Of a DNA stretch of 64,000 nucleotides, positions 23,300 to 36,356 are shown piece after piece. The position numbers and the translations under genes are program-made. Where the stretch lies: NCBI GenBank assembly GCA_013265495.1, contig MU058687.1:2854001-2918000 (forward strand). Reading direction: 5' to 3'. Below the pieces are notes generated by a model. That model had not been told where the DNA came from and searched no databases. It worked only from the letters and a program-made list of their open reading frames with translations. Position 1 is the stretch's first letter. The number at the start of each line of letters is the position of its first letter. This stretch comes from Vicugna vicugna (Eukaryota).

Positions 23300-24817
23300 G
23301 GTGTAACTCAGACTCTAACAGTGCCAAGAGCAGGTCAAGATTGTTGGCCACGGAGCCCCCCACCATAGCAATTTGACAGTTGACCACCTGGGGGGAAGTG
23401 TAAGTAGTGACCACATGCCAGAGACTTCATACATAATCTCATGTAGGTCTCAAACTGCCAGGTGAGATATTATCCACATGTTATAGGAGAGGAGCTAGAG
23501 GCTTAGGAAAGTGTTCAAGAACTCATGGCTAGTAAGTGATGAAGGACCCAAAGAGTCCAAGATAGATGCTCACGTTGTCTCTGATCCAGATAGGAAAATA
23601 TGCCCAAGTACATTTCTCTTAGGCTTGTAAGAGCCTGAAGGCTTAAGAGAGAAACAAGGAGTCTTCAGAAGCCCCACAGGAGCAGAAGGCTGTCTGAAAG
23701 CCTTGCAGAGGAAGAATCCATTGTCCCTGAGCTGAGGGGGACACATGAGGGTGGACCACCTTGGGATGGTGCTGCATTCTGACCTTCCAACCTGCAGCAG
23801 GACTGCCTGGGCTGAGCAGGTGGTAGCAGTGGGGGTTGTCCTCTCACGTGGGGACCTTCCCGCTTCCTTTCCTTTTCTAGGTCTGGGCCTCAGGAGGTGA
23901 GACCTGAAAGCCTAAAAGAGATGAGGATGGAGGGAATCTCTTCTCCCTGGCATCCTTCAGTGGAGACACATACAACACCCATGGGTGCTGCTGCCAGATC
24001 CTGGAGTCACACAGCTCTGGATCTGATCTGTCTCAGTCACTCTCCAGCTATATGACCTTGAGCAAGTTACTTAACCTCTCTGAGTCTCAATTTAGGTCAT
24101 AGAATGTGGGTGCAGTGATAGCTCTCTATCAGTGGTTGTGAGGATTAAGTGAGCTGATGCCCCAGCCCCACTGCTGCATCAGCCCCACTGCTCCCCCTGA
24201 CTCACTGTCTCCAGTGCCCACCTGTGCAGGGAGCCTGCCCTGGGCAGTGGCCTGGGACCTCTAGAGCTCCAAGGGCCCGCTAGGGACCCTCCAGGGCCCT
24301 ACCCAAAAGCCTTATAGGCTGCATGCTTACTCTAGCCTCCAGGCATTTGCATGTACCTTGGGCCCCACCTGGAACACACTTCCTGCCCCTCTGCCTGCCT
24401 TACTGTACTCAGCCTTCAGGCTTGACATAGCTTCCACTTTCTCCAGAAAACCTTCCCTAAGCCCCAAGTCCAGCTGCCATGTGCCCTTTGGACACAATAT
24501 CACACCAAATTTTAATGGCCTGTTCGATTGTCCTTCACTGGACATGAAGGACGGGGATTAGGTTCTGCCCGTGTTGTTTCCACAGAGCCCAGCATAGATC
24601 TTGGCCCAGACAGATGCTCAGGACATGTGCACAAAGTAGAAGGAATGGTCCATAGAGTCTACAGGGGCCCGAGTAGCAAAACCATGGGAGCCAGACCGTT
24701 ACCGAACATCTGTTTGAGCCAGGGACTCCCAGGCAAAAATGAAGAGGGCAGGACTTTGGTTACCATGGTAGCAGGGACCCTGTCTTTTTCCATTCTCTCA
24801 AGCAAGAGAAGATGAAT

Positions 24818-25060
24818 CTAGGACTGCCCAGTACAGTTGCCCAGATTCTGCACTTTACAATTCCAGGAGGCATAGTTTTCATACTTCAAGCATAGATTTG
24901 CATGGTTATTATGATAAATTTCCAGTAGATGGCAGTAAAGCATCTGGCGTTAGGGACTTTTTTTCTGTTTGTGCAGATGCATGGCTTGGGCTCTCTGTAG
25001 GGCTGGGAGCATCTGTCTACCAGCCCTACAATCCGCTGAGAGGGTGCCTGATATCCCCAG
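24818..25060. mobile_element. hAT-Tip100 fragment (MER91/Zaphod-like)
   Basis: ggactgcccagtacagttgcccagattctgcactttacaattccaggaggc resembles the MER91/Zaphod terminus. Confidence 0.5.
24922..24935 (+). promoter_or_regulatory. CTCF core motif
   Basis: CCAGTAGATGGCAG matches CCASYAGRKGGCRS at every position. Confidence 0.5.
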
Positions 25061-26419
25061 CCTTGTCCCACCTCCCCTTCACTTCAGGGCTTTACAAACC
25101 ACACCCAGGGCCTTAGTGTTGGCTTCAGGACTTCAGAGGAGAGAGCCATTAGAGGCAAAAATCCCCAGTTGTACCGTTTGTTCCAAAGGAGATGTTTGTG
25201 ATCAGAAGCCCTGGGTTCAAGTTCTAGCTGCTGCATTTCCTAGTGATTGGTCTTGGGTAAGTGACTCTGCAGTTCTGAGACCTTGCTTTCTCCTCTGGAA
25301 AGAGTGCAGTAATAATCCCTGCCCTTGAGGTTGTGAAGAACAAATGCTACTCTGAACATGGCTGTGTATTGCTAGCTGTAAAGTACCTCTTCCCAGGAAC
25401 ACCCTGCATTAATAACATGCAGGACTTTCGCAGCTGACCCCAGGAGGATCGCACTACTAGGGGAGGGGGGGGGTGTGCTGCAGATCACGTGACTCCAGTT
25501 TTATCAGACTCCCACCCCAAGTCATCTTCTCCTAGGGTATCTCTCTCTAGGTCTCCACCACCATTCCATCCCCAGGGGGTGATTTGGCTCCCTTCAGTCT
25601 CTGCTCCAAACTCCTTAGTGCAGTACAGTTAGGCTGCCAGTAAACAAATATTCTTTGAGCATCTTCTATGAGCTGGTGCTGTGCTCTACCATCTGGCTTC
25701 TCATAGTCCCAAGGGGACAATAAAGTTTGCATAGTTACCATTTTGTTTCTGAGTCTTCAGACCTCATCCCATATATATATATTAACAATTTTGAGTGCTG
25801 TTATATAAAACGTTTTAAAGGGAAGGGATTATATTTTTTATAGGAAATAAGTAGAGGTCAGAATATCTTTTAAATATACTCTTTCTTCCAGGTTTACTGT
25901 TTCTCCTTTATTCAAATTCATTCAGTGAGGAACCATCTTGTTTAAATGTAGCAGAGGGGAATTCAGCTCAGAAACTATTAATATTTGAAGTGGGCATTAT
26001 TCTTTCTGGAAGCTGTGGGTCTATTGTTCTTCTGCTGGTTGTCAGGTAGGCTTAAGAACTGTATTTCCGTGTGTTCTCTTTCCATGATAGCTGGATGTTT
26101 CCATGAAGGGAGGACTACACACTTGTTTTCTATTCCAACATCGTGTAAGCATACACTCATCATCTAGTTCTGGAGATCAGAAGTCTGTCCTGGGTCTTAC
26201 TGGGCTAAAATCAAGGTGTCTGTCTGCTAGGACCCTGAGGAGAAAGAGGTCTTGCCCAGTGCCTCCTTTCTGGTTCCTAAACCACTTATCTTTGGTCCCC
26301 ATCAGTGTAAATACCCTCCAAGGTCCAGACCAGAAGAGACTCAGCTGGGGTCTCCCCTGCCTGTCTCAGCCTGGGGAAAGCCCAGGTCAGGGAAGCAGAG
26401 AATAAACTCACAAACTTAG

Positions 26420-26986
26420 AATTTGGTTTGGCTGTGAAGGGACAAGAAGTCCAAAGTAGTAGTGGCTTAAATGTCATAGACATGTATTTCCCTCTTGTGT
26501 AAATTAAGTCTAGAGGCAGGGCATCCACAGTTAATATGGTTGCTCTACCATGACAGGAAGGACCCAGGCTCTTTCTAGTACCCTGTTCTGTCATCCCTCA
26601 GGTGTAGTCCTCATCATCATGGTGGAGGTAGCAGTTCAGGGCTTTATGATTTTAGGACCCAGGCTCCCTCCATATCATTTTCCCACCATTTTTAGCATGC
26701 GCCTCATGGTCTAAAAATGGCTGCTCAAGCTCCAGCCATCAAGCCAACATTCCACTAGCAGGAAGTAAGAAAGAGGCTGAGAAAGGACATACCCTCTATG
26801 CCTAAGCACACTCCCTGGAAGTTATTTGTTATACTTCCATTTATCTCCCACTGGTTAGAACTTAGTCACATGACCATATCCAGATGCAAAGAAGGCTAGG
26901 AAATGAATCTTTATTTCAGGTTTACCTAATTCCTGGGGAAGAAAAGGGGAATGGTTATTGAGGAACCATAAGAATTCTCTACGACA
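26420..26986 (-). mobile_element. MaLR LTR (MLT1J-like)
   Basis: agtggcttaaa...ggacccaggctc...atggctgct...ctccagccatca...cttagtcacatgacc...tgcaaagaaggctaggaaatg. Confidence 0.75.
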
Positions 26987-28464
26987 TCTTGCCTATGAGG
27001 TATCATCCCCTGCCTACAGGAGGTGTCTCTACCTAGCAGACTCCTCAGCATAAATCAATCAGGGCAATAACCCAATGACCATAAGATCACAGAACAAGAA
27101 TTATCCAAAGACAGAAATGGGGTAATTTCCTCTCCGTGTATAAATGACATTTGTGTTCTGTTGTAATTATCATCATTGCCAGCATTCAGTACTGTACACC
27201 CCCCATGCTTCCAGCAGCCCAAATTACTGTCCCCGCCAGTCCAGCTATGGCATCGCCTCCCCCAATCCCTATGCACCTAACATTGCCCCCTCCCTTTCTA
27301 GAATGGAGTCTGATGAAGTGACAGTGAGGGGAGCAGTGAGGGGGAGGCCCTGGAGCAGCAGCGGTTACCTTGGTGAGTTGGACAAAGAGGTTTCTAGGAT
27401 GCTGCCAAGTGTTTTTTCCTGACCTGCCATCGCCTTATCTTTCCTACTTAGGAGACACCTCTTGGGGCCAAGGCTCCTCAGTCCCATATTGTTCTCTCCT
27501 CTTCCCCTTTTAAAACACTCATTTGCCTGCTCATAACCTGTTCCTGTGAGAAGGGGTCTCAGGCACCCTAGGGTGTGAATGAGGGATCGGACATTAACAT
27601 TGTTTTTCCTTGCACCATCACACCAGCCCTGCCCCTTAGGTCTCTCATCCCCATTTGATGGATCAAACCACTGACCCTGAGGGCTTCCAGGCAGTTGGCC
27701 CTGGTTAACCAGCTTGTAGGTGGCAGCCCTGCAGCAGGAACCAGCTCTCGACTCTAAAGACCAAGACAATTTCATGCGTTATCCATCCCAGGTAGGATTC
27801 TGATGGCAGAAACTTAAGCAGGCTGCCAGTTGGTGGAGGTGACTTTTGGGATGAGAGCATATTCACAACACTGTCCTCACCAGCTTTCAGGGATAAGTTT
27901 GGAGCAAGGAGAGAAAATAGGACTTTGCTGGTAATGTTGGCAGTAAGACAAAGAGCTGTGGGTGACAATGGTTGCCCTTCCCTCACCTCCATCCCAAGGC
28001 CTTCCCATTCCTGATTCCCAATCTCCAGGGACACTGGCTCTGCCCTCTCTCCAATCTCTCCAAGCCTAGAAAAATCATCCCTCCACTCAGCAAGGGAGGC
28101 CTCTTACCCATGCCTTCAGTTTTCCCGTTTCACCCCTTGGCTCTTCATCTGTCGTCCTTCTTCTCTGCATCTCAGTCCCAGGGCTGCTGGATCAGGGCAG
28201 TGCTGGGAACCACCCAGAGGGCCCTAACAGGGGAGGCCTGTCTGGGCAGCCTGCTCCACTCCCTGTTCAGCAATCTAGGAAGAGGGTGGAGGGGAGAGGG
28301 CTGGGAGGGCATTTAGGGATTAAGACCATCTCAGCCCACATCCTAGAAAAATGGCTTGGGGGCCAGGAGCTGAATGTTCTGAAAGTTTACATGCAGACAC
28401 TTGCTCCTACCTGCAAACATGCTCTCCCGCACGCAAGCACTCACACAATCAAACGTTCTCAAAT

Positions 28465-28503
28465 ACACACACACACACACTCACACACACACACACACAC
28501 ACA
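28465..28503. repeat. (CA)n microsatellite with one interruption
   Basis: Directly visible. Confidence 0.95.
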
Positions 28504-31171
28504 TATACACCTTTGTCCAAATTCTAAGGCAGTAAACTCAGGTTCAGAGTCTGACTGAAGTCAGATAAACCCAGGGTTGGCTTTTGCATATGCCTGATGG
28601 TTTCTAAACAGTGGTTCCTCATTTTTCGAAGGCTCTATGGGAGATTTGAACCCCAAAGAGGTGGCACGAACGCTATGTCTTTCTCCTCCCTCTGCTCCCA
28701 GCCTCTTGTTCCTCTCCCTGGAGGCAACTCTTGCCACCAACTCCTTGTCTCCGCTTCTAGAGCTGGTCTGTGGACAGGAGCCTCTAGCCCAGTGTGCTTG
28801 CAATGCGCATGCACACACGCGCGCGCACACACACGGTGGCTTCCGGCACTCCGCTGTGCACCCTGCTGTATTTCCTCTTTGTGCGAAGGCACCTCCTGGG
28901 CCCTCCGCAGTGCTGGGTGCATCTACCAGCCCTCCAAGCTGCTGAGAGGTTGCCTGACACCATGTCCTAGCCCCATGGCCATTCCTGACGACTGCTCACG
29001 TCCACGTGCACACAGAGCTCCTCGTTCTTTCTAATGGTGGCCTGATGTCCCGTCATGCAGATGCCCCGTGACTGATTTAATGTGCCCTGCTGGACGAGCC
29101 CGGATTGCTTCAGCTGCTTGCTTTGCTGTATTTGCTGCTCCCTCCAGTTCTTTAGTGGTGCCTGCTGTATGCCTTAGCCCACGTGGGCGTGCGGACCTGT
29201 CAGAGCTGGGTGTGAAGGAGTGACTCGGCCCAGTTGTTTGGCCTTTTGTACCTCACTTTCTGAACCCGTAGATGCCAAAAATCAGAGGGCCGTGCATGCT
29301 GAGGATGAAGTGAGGATGAAGCAAAACCGTGCATGCTGAGCGCCCAACAAGGTGCCCGCAGGCACCTGAACCATAAATGTTAGCCCCCTAGAGGAGAGCA
29401 GCAGGAATGAGGTGAGTGAGGGGTCGTGCTGACTGGCAGGGGCCTGCCTAGCTCCCGTCCTCAAGGCCACCAAGTGACATCACAGGGGCCTCAGCCTAGG
29501 AAGTCCTTTGCCCTTGAGAGCAGGGTCAGAGAGTCTGGGTGGATCCCACTGGAGCGTAGAAGGAGGGGGGAGGCCTGCTGTGAGGGAGAGGGAGAGAGGG
29601 AGGAAGTGGGAGAGAGGGAGGGAGAGCTCTCACACAGACTGCGCAGGCGCGCGGGCACACACACTCGCCTTTCCCAGCTGAAGGAAAAGGAGCTCCTCCC
29701 AGCAGAGAGAGGCTTTGTTCCCTGCAAGATGTAAAAGCTATGGAAACAAAGGAAAGGCAGCCTCACTGCCCCTGTCCCTCAGCTGCACCCCTTCTGCACT
29801 TCTGCACCCCTCCCTCTGTCCTCACCCCATTTCCACCAGCCCTATGCTCCATCCAGCCCCAACCCTGCCCTTAGGGCAATCAGCCTTCTGGAGAGGGCCG
29901 GATGATGGACAGTTCTAGGGACAAGATGCCCACTCTATTTGCCCATCTCCACCCTCTCCTCATCCTGCACCTGCCACCAGCCCACCGGCTGTGAATTGTG
30001 CCCACCTGGCCCATCTGGCCCCTGGCGACAGAAGCTTTCCTGGCTCTGAGATGGTGCTTTGATGTAACAGACTTTTACGAGACTTGTCCTGGGTGCTGTG
30101 GGAGACAGAGAAGAATGAGGTCCCTCTGCTCTGAGGGGCTTAGACCCTGTGCGGTGGGAAGGCTGAGGATGGAGTCCATTTCCCCCTAGAGCTGGCTAAG
30201 TGCTGACCCCTCTGGGGTAGGGTTGCATGTAAGTGGCAGGAGTCTGGATGGGCTTGAGACTCGGAAGTCACGCTCGGTGGAGGACAGAATGCTTCTTTCA
30301 TTAAAAATCACTTTTTGTCTTGGTGAAAAATCCCCAAGCCCGACTATTATCTAATACCCAGCTCTGTACCCTTCCAGACATATTCCTATTCATATGAACC
30401 TGGTTTATGGAAAAATCTGAATGTGACATCATTCAAACAGGACACATTTTTGCTTTGTCTCTCATCACAGCCTTCAACAATATTCTTGGCAGATTTCTAG
30501 TTTTCTGATCAAATTTCCTAGTTTTTTTCCCAATTATTAAAAATCCAGGTTAATCTAGTCCAATTTAAAAGTTAAACATGATATGCAAATACAGGTTGAT
30601 TCTACCCCTCTCCCATAGTGCCAGGCAAAGCTAGGAGTGGGGAGGGGACGTCTTTCTCCCTCCTCCATCAGAGTACTTTTACCTCCAGGGTTTGAGGTTG
30701 GGGTATGATGAAGGTCAGGATGACAGCTGGGAGGGGGTGGCCACAGGTCTTGTTCTCTTGGCCAACACTGCCTGAGGACCATTTCCTCCTGGGGGTGGGG
30801 GAAGGCTTCCAAGTTGGCTGAATTCTCTGGGGAGAAGGGTTATCTGGCTAGACTTTTTCGCATTCTGTTAACTCTCATCCCTGAAGGCCCACCACTGGAC
30901 TTTCTCCTCAGCTTTCTCCTTAGGAGGTACTTGACCCACAGGAAACTCCTGCATCCTTGCCTGGCCAAATGGGGGCCCCTTTTGCTGCCCAGCTCTACCC
31001 TGCTATCTCTGTCCATTCTCCATTCCATTTCCCCTTCTATAGGCAGGACAGGTTGGCGAGTCAGCAGGGACTCAACTGAGGAATGGGGTGCCCATCCCTC
31101 CCCTCACAAGTACCCCACCCTCTGTGAGTCCTCTTTCCACATCCAGAAAGTGGAGGGAAACCCAGAGCATT

Positions 31172-31345
31172 CGTGCCCTGGCTTGGAAATGTTTAACCTG
31201 TGCAGTCCTATAGGGCCCTACACCCAGAAGTGTGCCCTCTTGGTCTAACGCTCTGCTGTCTTGAAATTCTTTATAATTTTTGTACAAGGAGACATTCATT
31301 TTCATTTTTCACTGGCCTCTGAAAATTGTGTAGCTGGTCCCCCCG
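31172..31345 (+). mobile_element. MER45A-like hAT-Tip100 MITE
   Basis: acctgtgcagtc...agggccc...cagaag...gctctgctgtcttgaaattctt...cattttcattttt...aaattgtgtagctgg. Confidence 0.8.
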
Positions 31346-31869
31346 GGACTGACTGCTCTGACCATCCTCATCAGCTGTAGAAAGGAGGGGATGGGTCTTC
31401 GTGCTGGTTAGAGTTGCAGGGCTGGTTCTGAAGGCCAAAGGTTCTCCGGAAAGCGCTACCCCCACATGATTTCTACCTCTCCTCAGGGTGAGGGGTACCC
31501 CCAACCCATTATCCTCCTCTTTGGGTTCCAGTCATCAACTCCCAAAGCAATAGGATCTGAACTAACCAGCATCCTGTTAGGAATACAAGCATCTTTCGAC
31601 ATCCAATTGGGAGTTGAATAGGTTCAGATTATGTGCTTTTTTTTTTTTAAACAATGAAATCATGTTGCATATATTGTTTTATAGCCTACTTTTTTCGCCT
31701 AGCAATACATTTTAAATATATTTTCATGTAGAAAACACTCATCTACAATCTAATTTTCAACATCTGTTTCAGTTACATATTGGGTGCTATAAAGCACCCC
31801 CAAAACCAGGGCTTAAATCAACAGTGATTGATTGTTTCTCATTATGCTATGAGTTGACCAGACAGTCTT

Positions 31870-32024
31870 TGTTTGTTTTGGAGGAGGAAGTTAATTCTAC
31901 TTATTTATTTATTTGTTTGTTTGTTTGTTTGTCTCTTTGTTTAAATGGAGGTACTAGGAATTGAACCCAGGACCTCATGCATGCTCAGCACACACTCTAG
32001 CACTGAGCTACACCCTCCCTCCAG
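31870..32024 (-). mobile_element. Camelid tRNA-derived SINE (Vic-1-like)
   Basis: Reverse of GGGAGGGTGTAGCTCAGTGCTAGAG...GAGGTCCTGGGTTCAATTCCTAGTACCTCC with A-rich tail; perfect 15-bp TSD TGACCAGACAGTCTT (31855-31869 and 32025-32039). Confidence 0.9.
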
Positions 32025-35000
32025 TGACCAGACAGTCTTGATCATCCACAAGAAACACAAAAACTAGGGAGAGGAAAAACTGGGTTCTGGTATTAGCTGA
32101 GCCATTTCCTGCATGTGTGACCTTGGCCAAGTTATCACTGAACCTCAGATTCCTCATCTGTTAAGGTTACAGATGATAACAGTGATGTCTCCCTTATCTG
32201 GGATATTTTGAAGTTCAAATAAGAACTATAATAATAGTATCTACCATGTAGGGTTGTCATGAGGATGAAATGAGTTAACATGGCAAAAGTATAACAAATG
32301 TTAGCTATAAACTATTATGTGCCTTGGTTAAGGGCTAGGTTAGTGAGGGAATTGCTGGGGCAGGGAAGAGCTGATTCTCCAGCTCATCAGACTGTGAGAC
32401 ACAGGAGGGAAGGAGGATTTCTGCTGGGAATAGAAGGATCTGAAAGGATGCAGTGAGCACAGCTGAGAGTGGTAAGCATTGCTCAGCCAAAGGGGGAAAT
32501 GAGGACTGGGGGGACGAGTCATCTTGCAGCAGTATAAAGATCCTTACTTGTTAGCCATATTTTCCTATATACTAATACTATGCTGGTAATAAAGTCGGGA
32601 TTAAAATATGCTGGAACCAAGGTAGTGCCAGACTAGCGGCACCAGACTTAACAAATGACCCATGGTTAGCCACTGCCTCTATCCCCGCTCAGTCTGTCAT
32701 AGGGGCCTCTTCTTCAGGGAACAGAGGTAAGAGGATGAGAACCAAGGAAGCATTTTTGAAGGACAGGAGAAACAGTGTCAGGGAGCCAAAATCTAGATCC
32801 CAATGGCTTTCTGCATCCCAAATGTCTTATTTCAATTCTTTCATTACACTTTCAGAGAGTCTAACATATCAAGATACATATACTTGTGCCTTTTAAAACA
32901 TACATAATATTTAAAACAAACAAAAGGATATAAAGAATAACACAAACAAAAACCCATGTTCTTGCTAGCAGCTTAAGAAATAAAACATTGCCAATACAGT
33001 TAAAATTTCCCTGAGGTACTTCCCACCACCTTCTCCCACCTTTCCAGAAGAAGTAACCATTATGCTGAGCCCTGAGGTTGATTATGTCCTTGTACCCTTT
33101 TTTATTTTCCAAATACACAAATAAATCCGATAGAAAAGATGGGTTGCTTTACAGATATTTAGGTTCTCCAGCAGGATTTGGATGACTTCTAAAGAGGCTT
33201 CAGGAAAACCAGAGAGGGGAAAAAGGAAGAGTCTCAGTAGCCTGTGACAAGATCAACTGGAATAATATACATGTAATTAGACTCAGAGAGGGGCACATAT
33301 CTGAAAAAATAATTCCTGAAAATTTTCCAAATTTGATGAAAAATATAAAACTACAGATCCAAGAAGCTGAATCAATGTCAAGCATAAGAACATGACACCA
33401 AGGCACATCGTATTTAAATTGCTGAAAACCAATGATAAAAATTTTTTTTCAGGGAGCCAGAGGGAAAAAGAAATATTACATACAGAAAGGAAAATATATG
33501 AATGCTCTCTGACTTCTCATTAGAAGTGACACAAATCAGAAGACCATGGAATTAAATCTTTAACATCCTACAAGAAAAAAGAAAAAAACTGTCAACTTAG
33601 AATTCTGTTTCTTTTTTCTTTTTATAGTATGTTGCCATTTTTAAAAAATTTTATTGAAGTATAGTCAGTTACAATGTATCAATTTTTGGTGTACAGCACA
33701 ATGTCCCAGTCATGCATATATGTACATATATTTGTTTTCATATGGAATTCTGAGGGAATTCTATTTCATATAGAAAACTGAGGGAATTCATCACCTGCAG
33801 ACCTGTTGAAGGCTTGAGGGAAATGATACCAGGTGGAAACTCAAATCTCTACTCAAAGAAATAAATAGAAAGAAAGAAATATTGGAAATGGTAAAAGTAG
33901 ACGATGTTTTCCCTCACTTTAAAATGTATGTTGAAGATAAATAAGAGCTTAAACAAAAATAATAACAACATACTGTAGAATTTATAATAAATATAGAAGT
34001 AGAATGTATGGCCAAAAAAAGCACAAGGGAGAAAAGAGGAAGAAAAGGAACTACAGTTTCTTGTGTAATACGTGAAGTGGTATAATATTATTTAAAGGTG
34101 CACATTATAAATTTTAGAGCAACCACTAAAAAAAGAGAAAGAAATAACTAATAAGCCAACAGAGATAAAATGAACTCCTAAAAACTACTCAATCCCAAAG
34201 AAGGCAGGAAGTAAAAAAGAACAAGGAGCATATGGGACAAACGGGAAAAAATAGCAAGATGGTAGACTTAAACCCAACCATATAAATAATTACATTAAAA
34301 GTAAATGGACTACATGGATGAACCTGGAAAATATTATGCAAAGTAAAAGAAGCCAGTCTTAAAAGACCACATATTGGATGATTCCATTTTTATGAAATGT
34401 CCAGAATAGGTATATCTATGAAAATAGAAAGTAGATTAGTGGTTTCCTAGGGCTTGGGGAAGAATGTGATAGGGAAATGGAAGTGACAGCTAATTGGTAT
34501 GAGGTAACTTTTTGGGGTGACAAAAATGTTCTAAAATTAGACTATGGTAATGATTGTATAACTCTGAATATACAAAAAACTATTGAATCATACATTTTAG
34601 ATGAGTGATTTGTATGGCATATGAATTATATCTCATTAAAGGTATTTTCTTAAAAATAAATGAACTAAACATTCTAAATTAAAGTCATCAAAGAGCCAAT
34701 AAGAGAGGGAGGAAGCTGCTTTAGTTCTATAGACTTTACCAAACCAGAAGTGAAAGATGTAAACATGGGCTGTGTTTTTGGCTGCTAGATCACCTGAAAT
34801 GGTGAGTTTAAGAACTCCCCTACTTTAAGCTGGCACCCCAAAGGATGAGTCCTCCAGCATAACAATGAATTAAAAATAAATCGGTCCCTGCATAAGTTTT
34901 TAGCCAGGGTTCTTGTCATACCTGTGATCAAGAAAACCTCAATGCTTTAACTTGACATAAGGCATTTCTAGTATGGTAGTCCTCAGCATTCAGCAAAAGC

Positions 35001-35239
35001 AAATGAAAATCCTCTCTGGGGAAAGTACTATCTTCCTAGGTCTCAAAGTTTTTCAGCAAATACTTTTCAAATGCATTGTCTAGTTGTATAGCACACAATT
35101 AAGTAAAAGATAACCAAGCACACAAGGAAACAAGAAACTATGAGCAAGAAGCAACAGAAACAACAACCAGCAGAAATGGACTCAAAGACTTGAAGCATTG
35201 GAATTCTTGATCACAGGCTATGAAATATATGCTTACTGT

Positions 35240-36356
35240 GTTTATTTATATATATATATATATTTATTGAAGTATAGTCAGTTTACAATGTTGTGCCAAT
35301 TTCTGGTGTACAGCATAATGCTTCAGTCATAGATGAACATACATATATTTGTTTTCACATTCTTTTTTTACCATTGGTTACTACAAGATATTGAATATAG
35401 TTCCCTGTGCTATACAGTATGAACTTGTTGTTTATCTATTTTATATATATATATATATATTAGTTAGTATCTTCAAATCTCGAACTCCCAATTTATCCCT
35501 TCCCACCCTGGGTAACCATAAGTTTGTTTTCTATATCTTTGAGTCTTGTTTCTGTATTGTAAATAAGTTTGTTCATTTTTTTTTAGATTCCACATATAAG
35601 TGATATCATGTGGTATTTTCCTTTCTCTTTCTGGCTTACTTCACTTAGAATGACATTCTCCAGGTCCATCCATGTTGCTGCAAATGGCATTATTTTATTC
35701 TTTTTTATGGCAGAGTAGTATTCCATTGTATAAAAATACCACAACTTCTTACCAGTCATCTGTTGATGGACATTTAAGTTGTTTCCATGCCAGAGCTATT
35801 GTAAATAGTGTTGCTATGAACATTGGAGTATATGTATCTTTTGAATTATGGTTCCCTCTGGATATGTGTCCAGGAATGGGATTGCTGGATCAAATGGTAA
35901 ATCTATTTTTAGTCTTTTGAGGAATCTCCGTACTGTTTTCCATAACAGCTGCACCAAACTATATTCTCACCAACAGTATAGGAGGGTTCCCTTTTCTCCA
36001 CACCCTCTCCAGCATTTATCATTTGTGGACTTTTGAATGATGGCCATTCTGACTGGCGTGAGGTGATACCTCATTGTTGTTTTGATTTGTATTTCTCTGA
36101 TAATTAGCAATATTGAGCATTTTTTCATGTGCCTATTAGCCATTTGTATGTTTCCACTGGAGAATTACTTGTTTAGGTCTTCTGCCCTTTTTTGGATTGG
36201 GTGGTTTGTCTTTTTGTTATTAAGTTGTATGAGCTGTTTATATATTCTGGAAATTAAGGCCTTGTCAGTCTCATCTTTTGCAAATATTTTCTCCCATTCC
36301 ATAAGTTGTCTTTTTGTTTTGCTTATGGTTTCCTTTACTGTGCAAAAGCTTATAAT
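35240..36356 (-). mobile_element. Young lineage-specific L1, 5'-truncated (~1.1 kb)
   Basis: Tail tttattgaagtatagtcagtttacaatgttg; ORF2 C-terminal antisense motifs; TSD TATGCTTACT (35228-35237 and 36357-36366). Confidence 0.85.

Noticed and set aside
30215..30610. AT-rich segment that might be another ancient DNA transposon
   Set aside because: Could not identify matching termini, a TSD or a family by eye; needs a Dfam search.
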